A stretch of DNA of 64,000 nt from an uncultured Actinomycetota bacterium. GTDB lineage: Bacteria > Actinomycetota > Actinomycetes > Propionibacteriales > Nocardioidaceae. Made by a program: the position numbers and the translations under genes. The DNA lies in contig CAVQGT010000002.1 of the NCBI GenBank assembly GCA_963712145.1, positions 294,678 to 358,677 on the forward strand, written 5' to 3'. Numbering within the stretch: position 1 is the stretch's first letter; each line of letters begins with the position of its first letter. Shown here piece by piece: positions 38,412-46,867 of the stretch. A model generated the notes under the pieces. The model had not been told where the DNA came from and did not search any database. It saw only the letters and a list, made by a program, of their open reading frames with translations.

Positions 38412-39917
38412 GTGACGCAGACCCGGCCCGCAGCGGTCGTCGTGCTGGCTGCCGGCAGCGGCACCCGGATGAAGTCGAAGCTCATGAAGGTGCTGCACCC
38501 GGTGTGCGGGCGCAGCATGATCGGCCACGTCGTCACCGCGGCGCTGGCGGTGGAGCCGCAGCACCTGGTGGCCGTGGTCGGCAACGGTCGCGACCAGGTC
38601 GGCCCGCACGTGCAGGAGCTGGCCCCTGGGGCGCTGCTGGCGGTGCAGGAGACGCAGGACGGCACCGGTCACGCCGTACGCATCGGCCTGGACGCGCTGC
38701 GCGAGTCGGCCGGTACGACGGCCGGCACGGTCGTCGTGATGGCCGGCGACACCCCGCTGATGCGGGGCGAGACGATCGCCGCGCTGGTCTCCGACCACGA
38801 GGCCGCGGGGCGTGCGATCACGATCCTGACCGGCGAGGTGGCCGACCCGTTCGGCTACGGCCGGGTGATCCGGGACGACGACGGGGCCGTGACGGCGATC
38901 GTCGAGGAGAAGGACGCCGACGAGGCCCAGGCGGCCGTGCGTGAGATCAACAGCGGCGTCTTCGCGTTCGACGGCGAATTCCTGGCCGAGGCGCTCGGTC
39001 GGATCACCAACGACAACGCCAAGCGCGAGTACTACCTGACCGACGTCGTCGGCATCGCCCACTCCGACACGCGGCCGGTGGGCGCGTACCGGATCGACGA
39101 CGTGATGCAGACCGAGGGCGCCAACGACCGGGCGCAGCTCGCCGCTCTCGGCGCCGAGCTGAACAGACGCATCCTCGACGGCTGGATGCGGGCCGGGGTG
39201 ACCGTCGTCGACCCGACGTCGACGTGGGTGGACGCCGACGTGGTGCTCGCTCCTGACTCGACGCTGTTGCCGGGCGTGCAGCTGCTGGGCGCCACGGTGG
39301 TGGCCGAGGACGCAGTGGTCGGGCCGGACTCGACGCTGAAGGACTGCGAGGTCGGTGTCGGTGCCCGTGTGGTGCGGACGCACGCCGAGCTCGCCGTGAT
39401 CGGGGACGGGGCCGCCGTCGGCCCCTTCGCCTACCTGCGTCCCGGGACGGTGCTGGGCAGCCGCGGCAAGATCGGCACCTTCGTGGAGACCAAGAACTCA
39501 AAGATCGGCGACGGTGCCAAGGTGCCGCACCTGTCCTACGTGGGCGACGCCGAGATAGGTGAGGGCACCAACATCGGCGCCGGCACGATCTTCGCCAACT
39601 ACGACGGTGTCAACAAGCACCGGACGACGGTCGGGCGGCACGCCAAGACGGGCGCCAACAACACGTTCGTGGCGCCGATCGACATCGGCGACGGTGCGGT
39701 GACCGGCGGAGGGACCGTCGTACGTCGTGACGTCCCGCCCGGCGCGCTGGCGGTCTCCACCGGTCCGCAGCGCAACCTCGACGGGTGGGTGATCGCCAGG
39801 CGTCCGGGCAGTCCCGCAGCCGTCGCGGCGGCCGAAGCGCTGGAGAAGCGTGCGTCGTCTCACACGCGGGCCCCTGAAGTCGCTTCCGAGGGCGAATCTG
39901 GGTCACAATCCGAGTGA
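38412..39917 (+). CDS. glmU: Bifunctional UDP-GlcNAc pyrophosphorylase/GlcN-1-P acetyltransferase
   Basis: LAAGSGTRMKS, GTGHAV, GYGRV, EYYLTD, hexapeptide repeats, HLSYVGD, NYDG. Confidence 0.97.
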   Translation: MTQTRPAAVVVLAAGSGTRMKSKLMKVLHPVCGRSMIGHVVTAALAVEPQHLVAVVGNGRDQVGPHVQELAPGALLAVQETQDGTGHAVRIGLDALRESAGTTAGTVVVMAGDTPLMRGETIAALVSDHEAAGRAITILTGEVADPFGYGRVIRDDDGAVTAIVEEKDADEAQAAVREINSGVFAFDGEFLAEALGRITNDNAKREYYLTDVVGIAHSDTRPVGAYRIDDVMQTEGANDRAQLAALGAELNRRILDGWMRAGVTVVDPTSTWVDADVVLAPDSTLLPGVQLLGATVVAEDAVVGPDSTLKDCEVGVGARVVRTHAELAVIGDGAAVGPFAYLRPGTVLGSRGKIGTFVETKNSKIGDGAKVPHLSYVGDAEIGEGTNIGAGTIFANYDGVNKHRTTVGRHAKTGANNTFVAPIDIGDGAVTGGGTVVRRDVPPGALAVSTGPQRNLDGWVIARRPGSPAAVAAAEALEKRASSHTRAPEVASEGESGSQSE

Positions 39918-39942
39918 CCCCGAACTTCCGAGGAGACCCGTC

Positions 39943-40923
39943 GTGAGCGGACTGAAGCGGACCACCGAGAAGAACCTGATGGTCTTCAGCGGCCGCGCCC
40001 ACCCCGGTCTGGCCGAGGAGGTCGCCGAGATGCTGGACTGCGGCCTCGTGCCGACCTCGGCCTACGAGTTCGCGAACAGCGAGATCTACGTCCGGTTCGA
40101 GGAGTCCGTCCGCGGCTCCGACGCCTTCGTGATCCAGAGCCACACCGCTCCGGTGAACGAGTGGATCATGGAGCACCTGATCATGGTCGACGCGCTCAAG
40201 CGCGCCTCGGCCAAGCGCATCACGGTCGTGATGCCGTTCTACGGCTATGCCCGTCAGGACAAGAAGCACCGTGGCCGTGAGCCCATCTCGGCCCGGCTGA
40301 TGGCCGACCTGTTCAAGACCGCCGGTGCCGACCGGCTGATCGCCGTCGACCTGCACACCGCGCAGATCCAGGGCTTCTTCGACGGCCCGGTGGACCACCT
40401 GATGGCGCTGCCGATCCTGTCGGAGTACGTCAGGGAGAAGTACGGCCACGAGCAGCTCGCCGTCGTCTCGCCCGACGCAGGCCGGATCAAGGTGGCCGAG
40501 CAGTGGTCGAACCGCCTGGGCGGGGCGCCGCTGGCGTTCATCCACAAGACCCGCGACATCAACCGGCCCAACGAGTCCGTCGCCAACCGTGTCGTCGGCC
40601 AGGTGGACGGACGGATCTGCGTGCTGGTCGACGACATGATCGACACCGGCGGCACGATCGTGAAGGCCGCCGAGGCCCTGATGAAGGACGGCGCGGCCGG
40701 CGTGGTCATCGCGGCGACCCACGCGATCCTCTCCGACCCCGCCGTCGACCGGCTGAAGAACTCCCCGGCCGCCGAGGTCGTGGTGACCAACACGCTGCCC
40801 ATCGACGACGAGAAGCGCTTCGACAAGCTGACCGTCCTCTCGATCGCGCCGCTGATCAGCCGCGCGATCCGCGAGGTGTTCGAGGACGGCTCCGTCACGT
40901 CGCTGTTCGACGGCCAGGCCTGA
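39943..40923 (+). CDS. prs: Ribose-phosphate pyrophosphokinase
   Basis: FANSEI, YARQDKK, DLHTAQIQGFF, VSPDAG, VDDMIDTGGT. Confidence 0.97.
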   Translation: MSGLKRTTEKNLMVFSGRAHPGLAEEVAEMLDCGLVPTSAYEFANSEIYVRFEESVRGSDAFVIQSHTAPVNEWIMEHLIMVDALKRASAKRITVVMPFYGYARQDKKHRGREPISARLMADLFKTAGADRLIAVDLHTAQIQGFFDGPVDHLMALPILSEYVREKYGHEQLAVVSPDAGRIKVAEQWSNRLGGAPLAFIHKTRDINRPNESVANRVVGQVDGRICVLVDDMIDTGGTIVKAAEALMKDGAAGVVIAATHAILSDPAVDRLKNSPAAEVVVTNTLPIDDEKRFDKLTVLSIAPLISRAIREVFEDGSVTSLFDGQA

Positions 40924-41169
40924 CCCACCAGGTAGACGCGGATTCGCTTGTTCTCCTTTGCCTCGCTAGGATTGGGAAGTTGCCTCGGCGAGGGAGAGTG
41001 TTCTCGCTCCGTGATCGACGCGGTTGCTCGGCCAGCCCTGCTGTGCCCGCGCCCGTGGTGTGTCCGGAGCGCCTCCGCTCTCCTCGCGATGTGACCCCCA
41101 TTTCTGAGTCATGGCGCCCTGTCTGTGGCAAGAGAAGTTGTCGAGAAGTTGAGCTGAGGAGTAACCCCC

Positions 41170-41847
41170 ATGTCTGAGAGCAACATCCAGGCGGAATCCC
41201 GCACCGAGTTCGGCAAGGGCGCCGCCCGCCGCATCCGTCGCGCCGACAAGGTCCCCGCGGTCCTCTACGGCCACGGCAGCGACCCCATCCACCTCACCCT
41301 GCCGGGCCACGACACGATGCTCGCGCTCAAGCACGGCGGCGTGAACGCGCTGCTCACCCTGACCGTGGACGGCAAGGAGTACCTCTCCCTGCCCAAGCAG
41401 GTCCAGCGCGACCCGATCAAGGGGTTCCTCGAGCACCTCGACCTGGTCATCGTGAAGAAGGGCGAGAAGGTCACCGTCGAGATCCCTGTCCACCTCAACG
41501 GTGAGCCCGGCCCCGACGCCCTGGTCGTCACCGAGCACTCGACCGTGACGGTCGAGGCCGAGGCCACGCACATCCCCGAGTACATCGAGATCGACATCGA
41601 GGGACTCGAGGTCGGCAGCCAGATCTTCGCCAAGGACCTCACCCTGCCGAAGGGGTCGACGGTCCTCGCGGACGACGACACGCTCATCGTGAACATCACC
41701 CACGCGCCCACCGCCGAGGAGGTCGAGGCCGAGCTGGAGGAGGCCGAGGCCGAGGCCGGCATCGAGCGCGAGGAGCCCGAGGAGGAGGCTGCCGAGGCCG
41801 CCGAGTCCGAGGAGGAGTCTGCCGAGGAGTCCTCCGACAAGGAGTGA
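41170..41847 (+). CDS. rplY: 50S ribosomal protein L25/Ctc
   Basis: [29 protein letters not shown]; acidic tail. Confidence 0.96.
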   Translation: MSESNIQAESRTEFGKGAARRIRRADKVPAVLYGHGSDPIHLTLPGHDTMLALKHGGVNALLTLTVDGKEYLSLPKQVQRDPIKGFLEHLDLVIVKKGEKVTVEIPVHLNGEPGPDALVVTEHSTVTVEAEATHIPEYIEIDIEGLEVGSQIFAKDLTLPKGSTVLADDDTLIVNITHAPTAEEVEAELEEAEAEAGIEREEPEEEAAEAAESEEESAEESSDKE

Positions 41848-41936
41848 CCTCGGCTCGCGCGCAGGTCGCCACTAGGCTTCACGCCGTGTGGCGCAAGCGC
41901 GTGAGTGAGATCTTCAACAGGAAGGCCGGGGATCCC

Positions 41937-42560
41937 GTGACCGACGGTTCGACCAGCTCCGACAGCGGCGTCTGGTTGATCGTGGGGCTCGGGAACCCCG
42001 GCCCTTCCTATGCCCGCAACCGGCACAACGTGGGCTACCTCGTCGCCGACGAGCTGGCCTCCCGGATGGGCAGCGGCTTCCGGCCGCACAAGTCCGGCCG
42101 GGCCGACGTCGTCGAGGGACGTCTCGGCGGCCCCATGACGGGCGCGGGAGTGGGCGGCGTGCGCGCCGTACTGGCCCGCCCGCGCTGCTACATGAACGAG
42201 ACCGGAGGACCGGTCTCCACGCTCGCGAAGTTCTACAAGGTCCCGGTCGAGCGGATCGTCGCAATCCACGACGAGCTCGACATCGCCTTCGACACCCTGC
42301 GGCTCAAGCTCGGCGGGGGCGACAACGGCCATAACGGGCTGCGCTCGATGCGCGCCTCGCTCGGGTCCGGCGACTTCCACCGGGTCCGGGTCGGCATCGG
42401 CCGGCCGCCCGGTCGGCAGAGTCCTGCCGACTTCGTGCTCTCCGACTACTCCGCCGTCGAGCGCAAGGTGCTGCCGTTCCAGGTGGACCGCGCCGCCGAC
42501 GCCGTCGAGTCGCTGCTCACCGAGGGCCTCGAGCGGACCCAGGGCCGCTTCAACAGCTGA
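41937..42560 (+). CDS. pth: Peptidyl-tRNA hydrolase
   Basis: VGLGNPG, RHNVG, YMNETG, HDELD, GHNGLRS, GIGRP. Confidence 0.96.
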   Translation: MTDGSTSSDSGVWLIVGLGNPGPSYARNRHNVGYLVADELASRMGSGFRPHKSGRADVVEGRLGGPMTGAGVGGVRAVLARPRCYMNETGGPVSTLAKFYKVPVERIVAIHDELDIAFDTLRLKLGGGDNGHNGLRSMRASLGSGDFHRVRVGIGRPPGRQSPADFVLSDYSAVERKVLPFQVDRAADAVESLLTEGLERTQGRFNS

Positions 42561-42601
42561 CCTTCCGTGCCACCCATAGCCCCTGACAAGTGAGGTAACC
42601 C

Positions 42602-43402
42602 GTGACCGAGATCCCCACCCCGCCCGAGGGCGTCGTCGAGGACGACCACCTGTTCGCCGCCTGGGCAGCCACCATCGCCGGTGAGCTGCTGACCGAGGTC
42701 CGCACGCAGGGCCTCGAGGGCAAGGAGCTCAAGGACGCCGGCGACGCGGCGGCCCAGGACCTGCTGATGCGCGTCCTCGCGGCCTACCGTCCCGACGACT
42801 CGGTGCTGTCCGAGGAGAGCAAGGCGACCCACGTCGACCAGGAGCGGCTGCAGGCGGACCGGGTCTGGATCATCGATCCGCTCGACGGCACCCGCGAGTT
42901 CTCCGAGCCGCCGCGCGAGGACTGGGCCGTGCACGTCGCGCTGTGGGCCCGGACCAGCGCTGGCGAGGGTGAGCTGGTGGCCGGGGCGGTCGCGCAGCCG
43001 GGGCTCGACACCACGTTCCACACGGGCGAGCCGCCGGTCGTGCCGGAGCGCACGTCCGACCGGCCCCGCATCGCCGTCTCGCGAACGCGCCCGCCGGCCT
43101 TCGTCCAGGCGATGGCCGAGGAGATCGGCGCCGACCTCGTGCCCATGGGCTCCGCGGGCGCCAAGGTGATCTCGGTGGCGCGCAACGTGACGGACGCCTA
43201 CGTGCACGCCGGCGGGCAGTACGAGTGGGACTCCGCCGCCCCCGTGGCCGTGGCCCGCGCGGCAGGTCTGTTCACCAGCCGGATCGACGGGTCGCCGCTG
43301 GTCTACAACCAGCAGGACGTGCTCCTCCCGGACCTGGTGGTCTGCCGCCCGGAGCTGTCCGAGCAGATCCTCGACTTCATCCGCCGCCACGGCACCGACT
43401 GA
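42602..43402 (+). CDS. cysQ: 3'(2'),5'-bisphosphate nucleotidase CysQ
   Basis: LSEE, WIIDPLDGTREF, GSAGAK, EWDSAAP. Confidence 0.9.
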   Translation: MTEIPTPPEGVVEDDHLFAAWAATIAGELLTEVRTQGLEGKELKDAGDAAAQDLLMRVLAAYRPDDSVLSEESKATHVDQERLQADRVWIIDPLDGTREFSEPPREDWAVHVALWARTSAGEGELVAGAVAQPGLDTTFHTGEPPVVPERTSDRPRIAVSRTRPPAFVQAMAEEIGADLVPMGSAGAKVISVARNVTDAYVHAGGQYEWDSAAPVAVARAAGLFTSRIDGSPLVYNQQDVLLPDLVVCRPELSEQILDFIRRHGTD

Positions 43403-43406
43403 TCCG

Positions 43407-44024
43407 GTGCCGGCGGTCCGCGCTGTCCTCTGGGACGCCGACGGGGTGCTCCAGCACCTCCCGGCCGGCTGGGAGGCGTCGATGCGCCCTGTGGTGGGGC
43501 ACCTCGTCGACGACGTCGAGGCGTTCCTGCAGGAGGCCTTCGCCGCCGAGCGGCCGGCGCTGACCGGGCACGCCCGGTGGGTGGAGGTGCTGCCGCGGCT
43601 CCTCGAGAAGTGGGGGATCGCCGACTCCTACGACGACGCGTTGCGCGTCTGGCTCACCATCGAGCCGGTCGCGGAGACCCGTGAGCTGGTCGCATCCCTG
43701 CGAGCCTCCGGGGTGCGCTGCTTCCTGGCGACCAACCAGGACGAGCACCGCGGCCGGCACATGCACGAGAACCTCGGGTACGCCGAGCTGTTCGACGACA
43801 CCTTCTACTCCTTCGAGCTCGGTGTCGCGAAGCCGGACCCGGCGTACTTCTCCGCGATCCTGTCCCGACTGGCCCTGCCCGCCGGCGAGGTCCTGTTCGT
43901 CGACGACAGCGCGGCGAACGTGAAGAGCGCCCGTGCGGTCGGCCTGCGCGCGGAGCAGTGGCACGTCGACGAGGGGATCGACGCCCTGCGCGAGCGTCTC
44001 CGCGCGCACGGCCTCCCCGTCTGA
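43407..44024 (+). CDS. HAD-IA family hydrolase
   Basis: WDADGVL, ATN, KPDP, FVDD. Confidence 0.9.
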   Translation: MPAVRAVLWDADGVLQHLPAGWEASMRPVVGHLVDDVEAFLQEAFAAERPALTGHARWVEVLPRLLEKWGIADSYDDALRVWLTIEPVAETRELVASLRASGVRCFLATNQDEHRGRHMHENLGYAELFDDTFYSFELGVAKPDPAYFSAILSRLALPAGEVLFVDDSAANVKSARAVGLRAEQWHVDEGIDALRERLRAHGLPV

Positions 44025-44044
44025 GGCTCGGCGGGGCCTCCGGC

Positions 44045-44126
44045 GTCGCAACTGCACTCATGTGCCGTTGCGACGCGCTTCTTCGCGGTGTGCAGTGTTC
44101 AGGCGGCACACATGTGCAGTTGTGAC
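44045..44126 (+). repeat. REPIN-like element, second orphan member of the DUF559-associated family
   Basis: GTCGCAACTGCACTCATGTGC-N40-GCACACATGTGCAGTTGTGAC; same arm motif and spacing as 54622/55771. Confidence 0.8.
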
Positions 44127-44374
44127 GACTGGAACCAGCGGGCGGACGAGCCTGGACGAACGTGCCTTGGACTGACAGGTGGGGGTTCGTCGTCTCGCGA
44201 CCTTGGGCGACTGGTCGGGCTGCGGGCTTCATCGGGCCGCTGTTCTTCCCGCTGATCCTGATCGGGCCACTCGCGGTCGGGTCGGTGGCCGCCGCCAAGG
44301 AGCTCCGGTGTCCTGGCCGGCGGTGCTGTGCGCCAGCGCGGCCTGAGCCGCTCGAGGCGGCGTACGCGACCGCG

Positions 44375-44412
44375 CTCCCGGGGAGAACTTCCCGGGCAAG
44401 TTGCCCCGGGAG
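44375..44412. repeat. Short palindrome downstream of the ligD-polymerase gene (REP-like or terminator)
   Basis: CTCCCGGGGAGAACTT-cccgggc-AAGTTGCCCCGGGAG. Confidence 0.5.
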
Positions 44413-44439
44413 TGACAGTTCTCCTGCATCCCTTGGTAA

Positions 44440-45402
44440 TCAGTCGGGGTCGGCGGGGGGCTCGGCGCCGGCGGCCTCGTCGCGCTCGGCCCACTCGAGC
44501 AGCGGCGCGATGTCGAACACGTGGTCGTCGATGTCGGCGTGCAGGTCGCCGAGCTCGGCGAACCGGGCCGGCACCGTGGCGATCGTGCAGTCCCGCGGCT
44601 CCACGGAGTCGACCTCGTCCCAGCGGATCGGGGTGGAGACGGTGGCCTCGGGGTTGCCCCGGACGGAGTAGGCCGCCGCGATCGTGTGGTCGCGGGCGTT
44701 CTGGTTGTAGTCGACGAACAGGTGGGCCGGGTCGCGGTCCTTGCGCCACCACGTCGTGGTCACGTCGTCCGGTGCTCGCCGCTCGACCTCGCGGGCGAAG
44801 GCGAGGGCGGCCCGCCGTACGTCCTTGAAGCCGTGCTCCGGCTTGATCCGCACATAGACGTGCATCCCGTTGCCGCCCGAGGTCTTCGGGAAGCCGACCG
44901 CACCGAGCTCGTCGAGCACCTCGTGGGCGACGTGGGCCACCCGGCGCACGGTGTCGAAGCCACAGTCGGGTCCCGGGTCGAGGTCGATGCGCCACTCGTC
45001 CGGGCTCTCGGTGTCGGCTCGTCGGCTGTTCCAGGGGTGGAACTCGACGGTCGACATCTGCACCGCCCAGATCACCTGCGCGACCTCGGTGACGCACAGC
45101 TCGTCGGCCGTCCGGTTCCAGCGCGGGAAGTGCACGCGGACGGTCTCCATCCACGGCGGCGCACCGGCCGGCAACCGCTTCTGGTGCACCTTCTCGCCGG
45201 TGACGCCGGTGGGGAACCGGTGCAGCATGCACGGCCGTTCGTAGAGCGCGTTGACGATCCCCGGTCCGACGGAGAGGTAGTACTCGACCAGGTCGAGCTT
45301 GGTCTCCCCGCGCGCCGGGAAGTAGACCCGGTCGGGGTTGGAGATCCGGACGACCTTGTCGTCGATCTCGATCTCGACCGCGGGGCTCTTCGAGGAGGCC
45401 AT
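44440..45402 (-). CDS. Stand-alone LigD-type primase-polymerase domain (PolD/Prim-Pol)
   Basis: SNPDRVYFP, TKLDL, RFPTG, IDLDP, KTSGGNGMHV, DYNQN, YSVR. Confidence 0.92.
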   Translation of the reverse strand: MASSKSPAVEIEIDDKVVRISNPDRVYFPARGETKLDLVEYYLSVGPGIVNALYERPCMLHRFPTGVTGEKVHQKRLPAGAPPWMETVRVHFPRWNRTADELCVTEVAQVIWAVQMSTVEFHPWNSRRADTESPDEWRIDLDPGPDCGFDTVRRVAHVAHEVLDELGAVGFPKTSGGNGMHVYVRIKPEHGFKDVRRAALAFAREVERRAPDDVTTTWWRKDRDPAHLFVDYNQNARDHTIAAAYSVRGNPEATVSTPIRWDEVDSVEPRDCTIATVPARFAELGDLHADIDDHVFDIAPLLEWAERDEAAGAEPPADPD

Positions 45403-45451
45403 GGTGCAAAACCTAGCGACCCGGGGCCCGAGGAGCGGCAGGATGGGCGCC

Positions 45452-45862
45452 ATGACGTCCTACATCGCGCACACCTCCGTCGACTGCCACAACGCCTACG
45501 AGCTGTCCGAGTGGTGGAAGCAGGTGCTCGGGTACGTCGACATGGCGGGCGACCCGAACGAGCCGGGCCACGAGGAGTGCATGATCCTGTCGCCCGACAG
45601 CGGCCACCGGGTCCTGTTCATCCAGGTGCCGGACACCAAGCAGGTCAAGAACCGGGTCCACTTCGACATCCGGCCGACCTCCGGCACCCGGGACGAGGAG
45701 GTGGCCCGGGTCGTCGCCCTCGGCGCCACCGTGTTCGACGACCAGAGCAACCACTACGGACCCGGCGTCGGCTGGGTCGTGCTGCAGGACCCCGAGGGCA
45801 ACGAGTTCTGCATCCTGCGCAGCGACGCGGAGATGGCTGCCGCTCCCATGAGCGCCGACTGA
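45452..45862 (+). CDS. VOC family (glyoxalase-like) protein
   Basis: KNRVHFD, DPEGNEFC. Confidence 0.9.
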   Translation: MTSYIAHTSVDCHNAYELSEWWKQVLGYVDMAGDPNEPGHEECMILSPDSGHRVLFIQVPDTKQVKNRVHFDIRPTSGTRDEEVARVVALGATVFDDQSNHYGPGVGWVVLQDPEGNEFCILRSDAEMAAAPMSAD

Positions 45863-45865
45863 CCG

Positions 45866-46771
45866 GTGGGTGACCCCCCAGCGGGCGTGGTCCTCCGGGA
45901 CCGGCTGCGCGACCTGGCTGGTCAGGTCCGTGCTGCGGACCAGGCGGTGCGGGACGCGGACCCCGAGGGGGTGCACGACCTACGCGTCGCCATGCGCCGC
46001 ACCCGTAGCCTGCTGCGCACCTTCGGGCCGCTGCTCGAGCACCGCGACGTGACGGAGGCCGGACGACTCTGCGAGGAGCTGCGCTGGGCGGGCGTCGCGC
46101 TGGGGGCGGCTCGCGACCTCGAGGTCGTCCTCGCCAGGCTGATCCCCGCGGAGGTGGGCTGCGGTGCGAGGCCCGGGGGCACGACCGAGCCGCTGCCGGC
46201 TGTCATGACCGACTGGCTCGAGCAGCACCAGACGGAGGCGGGGTCTCTTGCGCGTCGCCAGACGGAGCACCTGCTCGGCTCGGCACGCTATGCCGCGATG
46301 CTGGCCGACCTCGACACGATGGCCGCCCGTGTCTCCTGGGAGTCCGTGTCGAAGTCGGACGTGAGCGGGCTGCTCCGTCGGGAATGGCGCCGGGTCCGAC
46401 GGCGTGCGGCGGCGGCCGAGCACAGCCCGCCCGGTGAGACCCAGGGGCTGGCGATGCACGACGTCCGCAAGGCGGCGAAGCGCACGCGCTACGCAGCCGA
46501 GAGCCTGACGCCGCTCCTCGGCGACCGGGCAGCCCGGATGGCGGAGGTCGCCGAGCGGATCCAGGAGTCGCTCGGCACCCATCGCGACACCCTGCTCAGC
46601 CGCGGGCTGCTGGACCAGCTTGCCGGGGAGCTGAGGCAGGGGCCGGAGGTCGCCGCGACGGTCGCTCGGTTGCACGCGCGGGAGGAGGCGAGCGGGGACC
46701 GGGCCCTCGCGGACTACGCACGTGCACGTGCCGAGCTCGACGACGAGCGGCACCGCCGCTGGCTCCGCTGA
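45866..46771 (+). CDS. CHAD domain (polyphosphate-binding) protein
   Basis: VHDLRVAMRRTRS, LGAARDLEV, HDVRKAAKRTRYAAE, QESLGTHRD. Confidence 0.9.
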   Translation: MGDPPAGVVLRDRLRDLAGQVRAADQAVRDADPEGVHDLRVAMRRTRSLLRTFGPLLEHRDVTEAGRLCEELRWAGVALGAARDLEVVLARLIPAEVGCGARPGGTTEPLPAVMTDWLEQHQTEAGSLARRQTEHLLGSARYAAMLADLDTMAARVSWESVSKSDVSGLLRREWRRVRRRAAAAEHSPPGETQGLAMHDVRKAAKRTRYAAESLTPLLGDRAARMAEVAERIQESLGTHRDTLLSRGLLDQLAGELRQGPEVAATVARLHAREEASGDRALADYARARAELDDERHRRWLR

Positions 46772-46867
46772 CCCAGGGGACTCCGTAGACTGGGCAGCCG
46801 GACCCCCTCGCCCAGCCCCCTCGGCTGCCGGCAGGGGGTGATCGTGTTGCCGTCAGCGGGAGTTGCA

